From Alphaproteobacteria bacterium (GTDB lineage: Bacteria > Pseudomonadota > Alphaproteobacteria > UBA828): a stretch of DNA of 64,000 bases. Location of the stretch: contig CBDCRW010000005.1 of NCBI GenBank assembly GCA_965221125.1, positions 256,001 to 320,000 on the forward strand, in the 5' to 3' direction. Below the pieces are notes generated by a model. That model ran no database searches and was not told where the DNA came from. It saw nothing but the letters and a program-made list of their open reading frames with translations. Made by a program: the position numbers and the translations under genes. Every line of letters begins with the position of its first letter. The first letter of the stretch is position 1. Positions 11,163 through 21,226 of the stretch are shown here, piece after piece.

Positions 11163-12407
11163 ATGGCCCAGCGCAAGCCGCTGAAGACGCTCCGTATCGG
11201 CATGATCGGCGCGGGCTTCATCGCCCGCTTCCACCTCGAGTCCTTCACCGGCGTGCGCAACTGCGCCATCACCGGGGTCTACAGCCCGACGAAGGAGAGC
11301 CGCAACGCGCTGGCGGCGCGGGCCAACGCGCTCGACCTCGGGCCGTGTACCGCCCATGCTTCGCTCGACAAGCTGATCCGGGCGAAGGACGTGGACGCGC
11401 TCTGGATCCTCGCGCCCAACGATACCCGCGTCGCCACGATGCAGGCGATCCACAAGGCGGTGAAGGGCGGCAAGCGGCTGCGCGGCGTCGCCTGCGAGAA
11501 GCCGCTCGCGCGCAACCTCGCCGAGGCCCGCGCCATGGTGGAGCTTGCGGACGACGCCAGGCTCGCCACCGGCTACCTGGAGAACCAGGTGTTCTCGACG
11601 GCGGTCGAACGTGGCAAGGAGATCATCTGGCGGCGCGCCGTGCCGCTCACGGGCCGGCCCTACCTCGCGCGCGCGGCCGAGGAGCATTCCGGCCCGCACA
11701 TGCCGTGGTTCTGGCAGGGGGAGAGGCAGGGCGGCGGCGTCCTCTCCGACATGATGTGCCACTCGGTGGAGGTCGCGCGCCACATGCTGACCGCGCCGGG
11801 GGAAGCGCGGGATTCGCTCAAGGTCATCAGCGCGAACGCCACCATCGCCAACCTGAAGTGGACCCGGCCGGCCTACGTGCGCCGGCTGAAGCGGGAGATG
11901 GGGCGCGAGGTGGACTACGGCCGCCGGCCCGCCGAGGATTTTGCGCGGGGCACCCTGGTGCTGGAGGACGCGGACGGCAACGAGGCGATGATCGAGACCA
12001 CCACGTCCTGGGCCTACGTGGGCGCAGGCCTGCGCATCCAGCTTGAGCTGCTGGGGCCGGAATACTCGATGGAGTTCTCCTCCCTCGGCACCGGACTCAA
12101 GGTCTTCATCTCGCGCGCGGTCAAGGGCGACGCCGGCGAGGACCTGGTGGAGAAGCAGAACGCCGAGCAGGGGCTGATGCCGGCGCTGGAGGACGAAGCC
12201 GGGGTCTACGGCTACACCAGCGAGAACCGCCACATGGTGGAGTGCTTCCGCACCGGCGCCACGCCTTCCGAGACCTTCCGCGACGGGCTCGCCGTGACCG
12301 AGATCCTGATGGCGCTCTACCGCTCGGCAGAGCTGGGGCGCACGGTGCACTTCGGCGAGGAGGACCTCACCGACTACATCCCGCCGGTCGCCCGCGCCGC
12401 GTCCTGA
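11163..12407 (+). CDS. Gfo/Idh/MocA family oxidoreductase
   Basis: GAGFIA, CEKPLA, GGGVLSDMMCH. Confidence 0.9.
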   Translation: MAQRKPLKTLRIGMIGAGFIARFHLESFTGVRNCAITGVYSPTKESRNALAARANALDLGPCTAHASLDKLIRAKDVDALWILAPNDTRVATMQAIHKAVKGGKRLRGVACEKPLARNLAEARAMVELADDARLATGYLENQVFSTAVERGKEIIWRRAVPLTGRPYLARAAEEHSGPHMPWFWQGERQGGGVLSDMMCHSVEVARHMLTAPGEARDSLKVISANATIANLKWTRPAYVRRLKREMGREVDYGRRPAEDFARGTLVLEDADGNEAMIETTTSWAYVGAGLRIQLELLGPEYSMEFSSLGTGLKVFISRAVKGDAGEDLVEKQNAEQGLMPALEDEAGVYGYTSENRHMVECFRTGATPSETFRDGLAVTEILMALYRSAELGRTVHFGEEDLTDYIPPVARAAS

Positions 12408-12480
12408 AACAGGCGGAACACACCCTCGCCCGCCGACGAACCTGCACATCGGTGGCTACCCGAAAGGAGACCGTGGAGCG

Positions 12481-14514
12481 ATGAACGGCGACTCTCTGCT
12501 CTGGACGCCGTTTCGCCTCGGCGAAATCGAGCTGCGCAACCGCTTCGTCATGCTGGCGCACTGGAACGGGCTGGAGGCGGCGGACGGGACGCCGACGGAG
12601 GACCTCGCCGCCTACTACGCGGCGCGGGCGCGGGGCGGGACCGGCCTCATCGTTACCGGCAGCCAGTCCGTTCATCCCTCCGGCCTGATGTGCCCCGCTT
12701 ACGGCCGGGCGTGGGACCGCGCGGCGCTGCCGGCCTACCGCCGGCTGGTCGACGCGGCCCATGCCAACGGCGCGCACATCTTCGCCCAGCTCAACCACGG
12801 GGGGCACACCAGCCTGGAGCACCCGCCGAAGGAGCTCTGGGCGCCCACCCAGATGCCCGAGCCCCATGCCCGCTACAACACCCTCGAGATGGGGCCGGGG
12901 GAGATCGAGGCGGTCGTCGAAGGGTTCGCGACATCGGCGGCGAACATGCAGGAAGCCGGCTTCGACGGGCTCGAGTTCAAGATCGGCCACGACGGACTGC
13001 TGCGAAGCTTCGTCTCGCCCTTCTTCAACCGCAGGGAGGACCGCTACGGCGGCTCCTTCGAGAACCGCATGCGCCTTCCCCTGGAGGTGCTGGCCGCGAT
13101 ACGGGGCGCGGTCGGCCCCGACTGGCCCATCTCGATCCGCCTCTGCCTGCACGAGTACACCTCCTTCGGCTACGACTTGGACTACGGTCTCGACATCGCC
13201 CGCGCGCTCGCGGCGAGCGGGCACGTCGACCTCTTCTGCTCCGATGCCGGCACGTTCAGCAGCTTCTGGATGGAGATACCGCCGTCGGCGGTGCCGCAGC
13301 TCGTCTTCAACGACCTGAACGCCGCGCTCAAGCGCGCGACCCCTGTGCCGGTGGTCGCCTTCGGCCGGATCAAGAAGCCGGAGGACGCGGAACGAATCCT
13401 GCGCGACGGCGATGCGGACCTCATCGGCATGGCGCGCCAGCTCGTGGCCGACCCCGAGATCGCCAACAAGGTGCGCGACGGGCGGCTCGGCGAAGTGCGG
13501 CCCTGCATCGCGTGCAACGCCTGCCTCCTTCGAGTCTCGCGCCAGCTCCCGATCCGCTGCGGGCAGAACCCGCAAGCCGGGCGCGAGCGCACGATGGGCG
13601 CGCCTGCACCTGCCACCCTGCCCCGTCACGTGGCCGTGGCAGGCGGCGGGCCGGCCGGGCTCAGCGCCGCGGTGACCCTCGCCCGGCGCGGCCATCGCGT
13701 CACCCTGTTCGAGCGCGAGAGCGAGCCGGGCGGCCTTATCCGGCTCGCGGAACGCCAGCCCCTCCACGCCGAGATCGGGGAATCGGCGTGGCACTTCGCG
13801 TCCGAAGCGGAACGCCTCGGCGTCGACATGCGCCTCGGCGTGGAGGCGAGCGCAGACACGATCGAGGCGCTCGGGCCCGATGCCGTGATCGTCGCCACCG
13901 GCTCGCGCCCCTACCTGCCGGGGCGCGACGCTCGGGACGGGCCGAGCCCGCCAATCGCGACGGAGGGGCTGTGGGCCTCGATGGGCGGGCTGGTGCCGGG
14001 CCTTGCCGACGATCCGAGGGTCGTCTCGGTCGACGACGTGCTGTCGGGGCGCGTCGACGCGGGGGGAAGGGTCGTGGTGCTCGACCGCAACGCGCACTGG
14101 GAGGCGTGCGGCACCGCCGAGTTCCTGCTGGAGGCGGGCCGGGATGTCGAGTTCGTGACGCCGCTCGGGGGAGCGGGCGTGGACCTTGAGCCGGGCAACG
14201 TCGAGCTCTTCTATCAGCGCGCCCGGCGGCGGGGGCTTCGCATTACCACGCACACGGATATCCGCGCCATCGCGCCGGAGGGCGTGGCCCTCGTCGACGT
14301 CCATACGAACGAGGAACGCGTCCTCCGCGACGTGGACACGATCGTGCTCGCCATCGGGCGGCGCTCCAACGACGCGCTCTACCGCGCCTTGCGCGAGCGG
14401 CTGCCCACCTTCCGCATCGGCGACTGCCGCGCGCCCCGCCTCGTCGAGCACGCGATCCACGACGGGGACGCCATCGGGCGCGATCTCGAGGAACAGCTCG
14501 CCGGGCGCGCGTGA
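12481..14514 (+). CDS. FadH/TMADH-type NADH:flavin oxidoreductase (OYE barrel + 4Fe-4S + FAD domain)
   Basis: LRNRFVM, RARGGTGLI, NRREDRYGGSFENRMR, CIACNAC...CGQNP, GGGPAG, IGDCRAPR. Confidence 0.92.
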   Translation: MNGDSLLWTPFRLGEIELRNRFVMLAHWNGLEAADGTPTEDLAAYYAARARGGTGLIVTGSQSVHPSGLMCPAYGRAWDRAALPAYRRLVDAAHANGAHIFAQLNHGGHTSLEHPPKELWAPTQMPEPHARYNTLEMGPGEIEAVVEGFATSAANMQEAGFDGLEFKIGHDGLLRSFVSPFFNRREDRYGGSFENRMRLPLEVLAAIRGAVGPDWPISIRLCLHEYTSFGYDLDYGLDIARALAASGHVDLFCSDAGTFSSFWMEIPPSAVPQLVFNDLNAALKRATPVPVVAFGRIKKPEDAERILRDGDADLIGMARQLVADPEIANKVRDGRLGEVRPCIACNACLLRVSRQLPIRCGQNPQAGRERTMGAPAPATLPRHVAVAGGGPAGLSAAVTLARRGHRVTLFERESEPGGLIRLAERQPLHAEIGESAWHFASEAERLGVDMRLGVEASADTIEALGPDAVIVATGSRPYLPGRDARDGPSPPIATEGLWASMGGLVPGLADDPRVVSVDDVLSGRVDAGGRVVVLDRNAHWEACGTAEFLLEAGRDVEFVTPLGGAGVDLEPGNVELFYQRARRRGLRITTHTDIRAIAPEGVALVDVHTNEERVLRDVDTIVLAIGRRSNDALYRALRERLPTFRIGDCRAPRLVEHAIHDGDAIGRDLEEQLAGRA

Positions 14515-14532
14515 CACCGGCCACGGCGATCG

Positions 14533-16059
14533 TCAGCCGTCCCCCGCCTGAAGGTACGCACGCAGTCGGGCCGCGCCGTCGGCGGAGACGCCGAGACCCT
14601 TGCGGGTGCGCCGCCACAGGATGTCCCCGGCGGTCCGGGCCCACTCGTGCTCGACCAGATACGCGACCTCCGCCGCGTAGAGCCCGGCGCCGAAGTGCTC
14701 GCCCAGGTCTTCGACGCCGTTGCAGCCCGTGAGCAGCGCGTGCAGCTCGGCGCCGTAGTGGCGGAGGTAGTGACGAAGCAGCCGCTCCGGCAGCCACGAA
14801 TAGCGCGCGGCGCATTGCGCGGCGAAGGCGCCGATGTCCGCGCCCGGGATGTCGCCGCCGGGGAGAGGCGCGGCGCTCGTCCACCGCGACCCTGCGGCTT
14901 GGAGCGGCCCCGCCAGCATGTCCACCGCCTGCTCGGCGAGCCTGCGGTAGGTCGTGATCTTGCCGCCGTAGACCGAGAGCATCGGCGCGGGTCTCGAGTC
15001 GAGGTGCAGCGCGTAGTCGCGCGTGACCTCGCTCGCCTTCTCGGCGTGGTCGTCGAAGAGCGGCCGGATGCCGGCGTAGCTCCACACCACGTCGCGCGGG
15101 GCAACGGGCGCCGCGAAGTAGGCGTTGGCGGCGGCGCAGATGTAGTCGACCTCCTCCGGCGTGATTTCGACAGGACCGGGCGCGCCTTCGAACTCCACAT
15201 CGGTCGTCCCCAGCAGCGTGTAGTCCTCCTCGTAGGGGAGCGCGAACAGCACGCGGCCGTCGCCGGTCTGGAAGATGTAGGGGTGATCGTGGTCGAAGAG
15301 CCTGCGCACCACGATGTGGCTGCCCTTGACGAGCCTCACCCTGTGCGTCGCCCCGCCACCGCCTGCGAGCGAGCGGACCTGGCCGACCCAGGGGCCGCTC
15401 GCGTTGACGACGGCCCGCGCTTCCACCGCGACACGCGCGCCGGATACCTGGTCGGCAAGGACCGCCGTCCAGCGCGCGCCGGACGGCGTGAGCGAGACGC
15501 AGGCGGTGCGGGTGCGAACCTCCGCTCCGCGGGCGTGCGCGTCGCGGGCGTTCAGCACCACCAGCCGCGAATCCTGCACCCGGCAGTCCGAGTACTCGAA
15601 GGCCCGGCGGTAGCGGCCCTGCAGCGCGCGCCCGCTCGCGTGCCGGCCGAGGTCGATGCTGGCTGACGGCGGCAGCGGGCCGCGCGGGCCCAGATGGTCG
15701 TAGAGAAAGAGGCCGAGCCGGATCATCCACCAGGGGCGGAGCCCTGCGTGATGCGGCAGCACGAAGCGCATGGGCCAGATGATGTGCGGGGCGATCCGCA
15801 GCAGCACCGCGCGCTCCCGCAAGGATTGGCGCACCAGCCGGAAGTCGCGCTGCTCCAGGTAGCGCAGCCCGCCGTGGATGAGCTTGGTGCTGGCGGACGA
15901 GGTGTGCGCGGCCAGGTCGTCCTGCTCGCAGAGCAGCACGTCGAGGCCGCGTCCCGCCGCGTCCCGCGCGATGCCGCAGCCGTTGATGCCGCCGCCGACG
16001 ACCAGCAGGTCGACCGTGCGGGGCGCCCCATCCCTCATGCCCATCCGAGTCCGGCTCAT
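14533..16059 (-). CDS. glpD: Aerobic FAD-dependent glycerol-3-phosphate dehydrogenase
   Basis: GGGINGCG, TSSASTKLIHGGLRYLE, KGSHIV, GGKITTYR. Start uncertain (16059, 16044 or 16038). Confidence 0.95.
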   Translation of the reverse strand: MSRTRMGMRDGAPRTVDLLVVGGGINGCGIARDAAGRGLDVLLCEQDDLAAHTSSASTKLIHGGLRYLEQRDFRLVRQSLRERAVLLRIAPHIIWPMRFVLPHHAGLRPWWMIRLGLFLYDHLGPRGPLPPSASIDLGRHASGRALQGRYRRAFEYSDCRVQDSRLVVLNARDAHARGAEVRTRTACVSLTPSGARWTAVLADQVSGARVAVEARAVVNASGPWVGQVRSLAGGGGATHRVRLVKGSHIVVRRLFDHDHPYIFQTGDGRVLFALPYEEDYTLLGTTDVEFEGAPGPVEITPEEVDYICAAANAYFAAPVAPRDVVWSYAGIRPLFDDHAEKASEVTRDYALHLDSRPAPMLSVYGGKITTYRRLAEQAVDMLAGPLQAAGSRWTSAAPLPGGDIPGADIGAFAAQCAARYSWLPERLLRHYLRHYGAELHALLTGCNGVEDLGEHFGAGLYAAEVAYLVEHEWARTAGDILWRRTRKGLGVSADGAARLRAYLQAGDG

Positions 16060-16135
16060 GGCTGAACATATAGTCTCACGTTCGCGCATTGCCCGCGGCG
16101 CGGAGGCCGTGACCCTGGCGAGACAAGCGGGCTAG

Positions 16136-16315
16136 CTAGAGCGCGTCCGACTTTGACGGACGCGCGACAGGCCGCGACAGCGGCCCGCCGCGAATGCGGC
16201 GCGCCCGCGCAGGCGCTGGCCGGTCGCGCCGAAAGGCGCGCGCAAGCGAAGACCGGCCAGCTGCCGTGAGCGACAAATGGCTAGAGCGTTTTCGTGCAAA
16301 ACGGAAACGCTCTAG
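16136..16315 (+). repeat. Repeat family B, full copy (multi-hairpin element)
   Basis: CTAGAGCGCGTCCG..CGGACGCGC, then a string of short hairpins, CTGCCGTGAGCG, and the terminal hairpin CTAGAGCGTTTTCGT..ACGGAAACGCTCTAG. Homologous to 25661-25809 and 10231-10332. Confidence 0.88.
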
Positions 16316-16325
16316 CATGCCTCGC

Positions 16326-17767
<1,442 letters not shown>

Positions 17768-17771
<4 letters not shown>

Positions 17772-18125
17772 AGCGATTTCCGACCTTACGAGATCACTGC
17801 GGTCCGAACGTTCCCACCTCCCCCTGTCCCCCTCCCGACTCTTTCATTTCCCTCAGACGCCGGGCGCTCGCTCCGCTCGATCGTGCGCTCCGCGCACGTG
17901 GCCGTGCGACGCTTCGCGCTACGCGCGCGGCGCGGTCGCGCCGTCCGGGCCTGCGGCCCGGCAGGCGGAGGGGGGACGTCGACGCCGATGGCGGAGTCTC
18001 CCTCTCCTCCCCTAGGGGAGGAGAGGGCCGGGGAGAGGTGGGGGTTTCTTTTCGGGCCGCACTGCACGCAAATTCGGACCCTGCAGCGAGTGGGTCGGAT
18101 GCTATCCGGTCGGATCGTGCCCTAA
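17768..18125. repeat. MITE-like palindromic repeat, family A copy 2, with a ~127-bp internal insertion
   Basis: Starts CTAGAGCGATTTCCGACC, shares the internal blocks of 7319-7556, and ends GGTCGGATCGTGCCCTAA. Its ends coincide with the stop codons of glpK and the phaB paralog. Confidence 0.85.
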
Positions 18126-18844
18126 TACATATGCGTGCCGCCGTTCATGGTGATGGTGGAGCCCGTGGTCCACGCCGCCTTGTCGTCGACGAGGAAGAGC
18201 ACGGCATGGGCCACCTCGTCCTCGTGGCCCATGCGGCGGATGGGGGACTTGTCGACGATCTTCTTCGCGATCCGCTCCGGCATGTTGCGCATGAGGTAGG
18301 TGTCCACGTAGCCGGGCGCCACGGTGTTGACCGTGATCCCGTGCTTCGCCCCCTCCTGCGCGAGCGCCTTGGTGAAGCCGTGCATGCCGGCCTTGGCGGC
18401 GACGTAGTTGACCTGGTTGAGCTGGCCGGCCTGGCCGTTCATGGAGCCGATCTGGATGATGCGGCCCCAGCCGCGCTCCATCATGCCGGGGTAGACCGCC
18501 TTCGACATGTAGAAGACGGAATCGAGATTGACCCGGACGACGCGCTGCCACTGGTCGTCGGTCATGTTCTCGAACTTGTTGTCGGAGACGGTGCCCGCGT
18601 TGTTGACGAGGATCTCGACCGGGCCGTGCTCGGCCTCGATGGCTGCCACGCCCGCGCGGCAGGCCTCGCCGTCGCTCACGTCCCACTTGAGCGCGGGGAT
18701 GCCGGTCTCCTCCGTGAAGGCGGCGGCGCATGCCTCGTCGGCATGGTAGTTGACCACCGCCGGGTGGCCCGCGTCCTTGAGCGCGCGCGCGATGGCGGCG
18801 CCGATGCCGCGCGTGCCGCCCGTAATCAGTGCCAGCCGTGCCAC
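18122..18844 (-). CDS. phaB: Acetoacetyl-CoA reductase-like SDR (second PhaB paralog)
   Basis: TGGTRGIG, LVNNAG, NGQAGQ...NY.AAKAG, LAQEGA, APGYVDT, NGG. Confidence 0.8.
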   Translation of the reverse strand: MARLALITGGTRGIGAAIARALKDAGHPAVVNYHADEACAAAFTEETGIPALKWDVSDGEACRAGVAAIEAEHGPVEILVNNAGTVSDNKFENMTDDQWQRVVRVNLDSVFYMSKAVYPGMMERGWGRIIQIGSMNGQAGQLNQVNYVAAKAGMHGFTKALAQEGAKHGITVNTVAPGYVDTYLMRNMPERIAKKIVDKSPIRRMGHEDEVAHAVLFLVDDKAAWTTGSTITMNGGTHMY

Positions 18845-18875
18845 GCCCGCCTCCCCTCAGTCCGTGCCCTCAGTA

Positions 18876-19598
18876 TTAGTACATGTGGTGGCCGCCGTTG
18901 ACCGAGATCGTGGACCCGGTGATGAAATCGGCGTCGTCGGCGGTGAGGAAGAGCACCGCGCGCGCGATGTCCTCGGCCCGGCCGAGCCGGCCCACGGGGA
19001 TGGACGCCACGATCTTCTCCAGCACTGCTTCCGGCACCGCGCGCACCATGTCGGTGTCGACGTAGCCGGGTGCGACCGCGTTCACGGTGATGCCGTGGCG
19101 CGCGCCCTCCTGCGCCAGCGCCTTGGTGAAGCCGTGGATGCCGGACTTGGCGGCGGCGTAGTTGACCTGGCCGTACTGGCCGGCCTGGCCGTTGATCGAG
19201 CCCACGTTCACGACGCGGCCGAACTTGCGCGCGCGCATGCCGGGGAAGGTGGCGTGGCAGAGGTTGAAGCAGGAGCCGAGGTTGGTGTCGAGCACCGCCT
19301 GCCATCGCTCCGGCGTCATCTTCTGCAGCGTGCCGTCCCGCGTGATCCCGGCATTGTTCACGAGGATGTCGATGGGGCCGAGCTCCGCCTCGATCCGCTC
19401 CACGCCCGCCTCGCAGGCCGCGAAGTCGCTCACGTCCCACTTGTAGACCGCGACGCCGGTCGCCTCGCGGAAGCGCTCGGCCGCCTCGTCGTTCGCGCCG
19501 TAGTTCGCGGCCACCCGGCAGCCGGCGTTCTTCAGCGCCTGGGAAATTGCAGCGCCGATACCGCGCGTTCCGCCCGTCACCAGTGCGACCCGATCCAT
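18876..19598 (-). CDS. phaB: Acetoacetyl-CoA reductase
   Basis: TGGTRGIG, NNAGITRD, SINGQAGQYGQVNYAAAKSG, IPVGRLG, NGGHHM. Confidence 0.93.
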   Translation of the reverse strand: MDRVALVTGGTRGIGAAISQALKNAGCRVAANYGANDEAAERFREATGVAVYKWDVSDFAACEAGVERIEAELGPIDILVNNAGITRDGTLQKMTPERWQAVLDTNLGSCFNLCHATFPGMRARKFGRVVNVGSINGQAGQYGQVNYAAAKSGIHGFTKALAQEGARHGITVNAVAPGYVDTDMVRAVPEAVLEKIVASIPVGRLGRAEDIARAVLFLTADDADFITGSTISVNGGHHMY

Positions 19599-19711
19599 TC
19601 TCTCTCTCCCGGCAATGATGCGCGCCGCCGGGAGCCGACTCCTCGGCGGCGCGCGGCCCTCATATGCGCTCGCGCCCGCGCATTTTCAAGCGCTGGTGCC
19701 GATAATTGGGA

Positions 19712-20932
19712 TCAGGCCGCGGCGTGATCCGCGATCCAGGCCGCGAGCTTGCGCCAGAGCAGGCGCTTGGCGCGGGGACTTGCCATCATGCCGATGTGGC
19801 CGAGGGGCGGGCGCCAGGTCTCCACGTGCGGCAGCGCATCGCTCAACGCCTCCGCCGAGGCCGGCGGGACGATGCGATCCCGCGCCGGCACGACGTTGAG
19901 CGCCGGGCAGGTTATGCGCTCGGGCCGCACCGCCTCGCCGCCCACCCGCCAGAGCCCGCGCGCGGGCGCGTTCCCGCCGTACCAGTCTTCGAGGCAGGCG
20001 CGGGCCACGGGGCCGGTGAGCGGCACGGCGTCGTTGAGCCAGTCCTCCAGCGCCACGAAGTTGCGCGCCGCGGCGCAAGCCGGCGGGAGATCGGCGAAGG
20101 CCGAGAACTTGCGCGCCGCCAGCAGCGGGTCGAGGGCGGCGAACATGGCCTGCAGCGCGTCGGGCGGCAGCTGCCCGAGACTCTCGTTGAGCAGGGTGAG
20201 CCCCGGCCGGTGGGCCGCGATCAGCCGTGCCTGATGGCCACCGTCGGCCCGAAAATCCCAGGGCGTCGCGAGCAGGACGAGCGCGGCGACGTCGGCGCGG
20301 GCGGCCAGCGGCAGCACCATGGTGCCGCCCATGCAGTAGCCGGCGAGCGCCAGCGGCCGGCCCGCGTGCCGGCGCACCGCCTCCAGCGCCGGCGCGAGGC
20401 GGCCGAGGATGTAGTCGTCGAGGCCGAACGCGCGCTCTTCCGCGCCTGGCGCGCCCCAGTCGAGCAGGTAGGGGCGGAGGCCGCGGCCCCGCAGGTAGCG
20501 GGCGAAGCTGCGCTCGGGCCTGAGGTCGAGGATGTAGGCGCGGTTGATGAGCGAGGGTACGAGCAGCGCGGGCGCGCCGGCCGCCTCGCCGCCGAAGGCG
20601 AGGACCCGCGTGGTGCCGGCCTGCCAGAGCACCGGCGGGTCGGCGAGGCGGCGGCGGTAGGGATGCGCGCGGTAGCCCTCGATGCCGTCGAGGAAGCGGG
20701 CGATGCGGGCCGCCGCTTCGGCGCCGAGCGCGCGTGCGAGCGCTTCAGGCTCGGCCTTGGCGAGGGCCTCCTGCAGGGCCGTCGCCTCCGCCGGGATCGC
20801 GCTGCGCCAGTTGAGCGATCCGCTCCTCGCAGGCGGCAAGGCGGCGAGCGAGCTCAGCCAGCCGCCGAGCGCCATCCCCAGATGGAGGGGGAGCGGCCTC
20901 GGCCCGAGACGCGGGCGTGCCGGCGCGGCCAT
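19712..20932 (-). CDS. phaC: Short (class III-like) PHA synthase / alpha-beta hydrolase
   Basis: LVPSLINRAYILDL, YLLDWG, lipase box GYCMGG, LEDWLND, RDRIVP, GHIG (C/D/H triad). Adjacent to phaB. Confidence 0.8.
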   Translation of the reverse strand: MAAPARPRLGPRPLPLHLGMALGGWLSSLAALPPARSGSLNWRSAIPAEATALQEALAKAEPEALARALGAEAAARIARFLDGIEGYRAHPYRRRLADPPVLWQAGTTRVLAFGGEAAGAPALLVPSLINRAYILDLRPERSFARYLRGRGLRPYLLDWGAPGAEERAFGLDDYILGRLAPALEAVRRHAGRPLALAGYCMGGTMVLPLAARADVAALVLLATPWDFRADGGHQARLIAAHRPGLTLLNESLGQLPPDALQAMFAALDPLLAARKFSAFADLPPACAAARNFVALEDWLNDAVPLTGPVARACLEDWYGGNAPARGLWRVGGEAVRPERITCPALNVVPARDRIVPPASAEALSDALPHVETWRPPLGHIGMMASPRAKRLLWRKLAAWIADHAAA

Positions 20933-21110
20933 TCAGGCCGCCGGGCGCGGCGCCCGGCGCCAGCGCCGCGAGGTGCAGGGCGCCGAGGCGGAGCGTGAGC
21001 GCGCCGGGGCCTTCGTCCCGCCCGGTGCCGGCGACCTCCTCCTGCCAGAGGTCGAGGAAGCGCCGGGCGAGCGCCGCCGGGTCGTCGTCATCGCTCGTGC
21101 CCCTGCTCAT
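20745..21110 (-). CDS. Small protein overlapping the phaC 5' end (possible PhaE/phasin-like partner)
   Basis: LARRFLDLWQ N-terminus and C-terminal coiled coil RLAELARRLAACEERIAQL. TATACT lies 6 nt before the ATG. Confidence 0.65.
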   Translation of the reverse strand: MSRGTSDDDDPAALARRFLDLWQEEVAGTGRDEGPGALTLRLGALHLAALAPGAAPGGLNGRAGTPASRAEAAPPPSGDGARRLAELARRLAACEERIAQLAQRDPGGGDGPAGGPRQGRA

Positions 21111-21191
21111 GGTGCCAGTATAGCCGATGCGGCGGCCCCGTCGCGCGGCCGCCCCGTCGCGCGGCTACCTGGACATGCGGCCGCCCGGTCG

Positions 21192-21220
21192 TTGACTTGG
21201 CCGGCCCCGCCAACCATGCT
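21192..21220 (+). promoter_or_regulatory. Sigma70-type promoter for a leaderless RidA-family mRNA
   Basis: TTGACT-17 bp-CATGCT, with the ATG 6 nt downstream. Confidence 0.6.
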
Positions 21221-21226
21221 CGGGCC

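Noticed and set aside
16136-16315. Possible CRISPR array or tRNA in the hairpin-rich repeats
   Set aside because: There is no regular repeat-spacer periodicity, no cas genes, and no cloverleaf or T-loop consensus.
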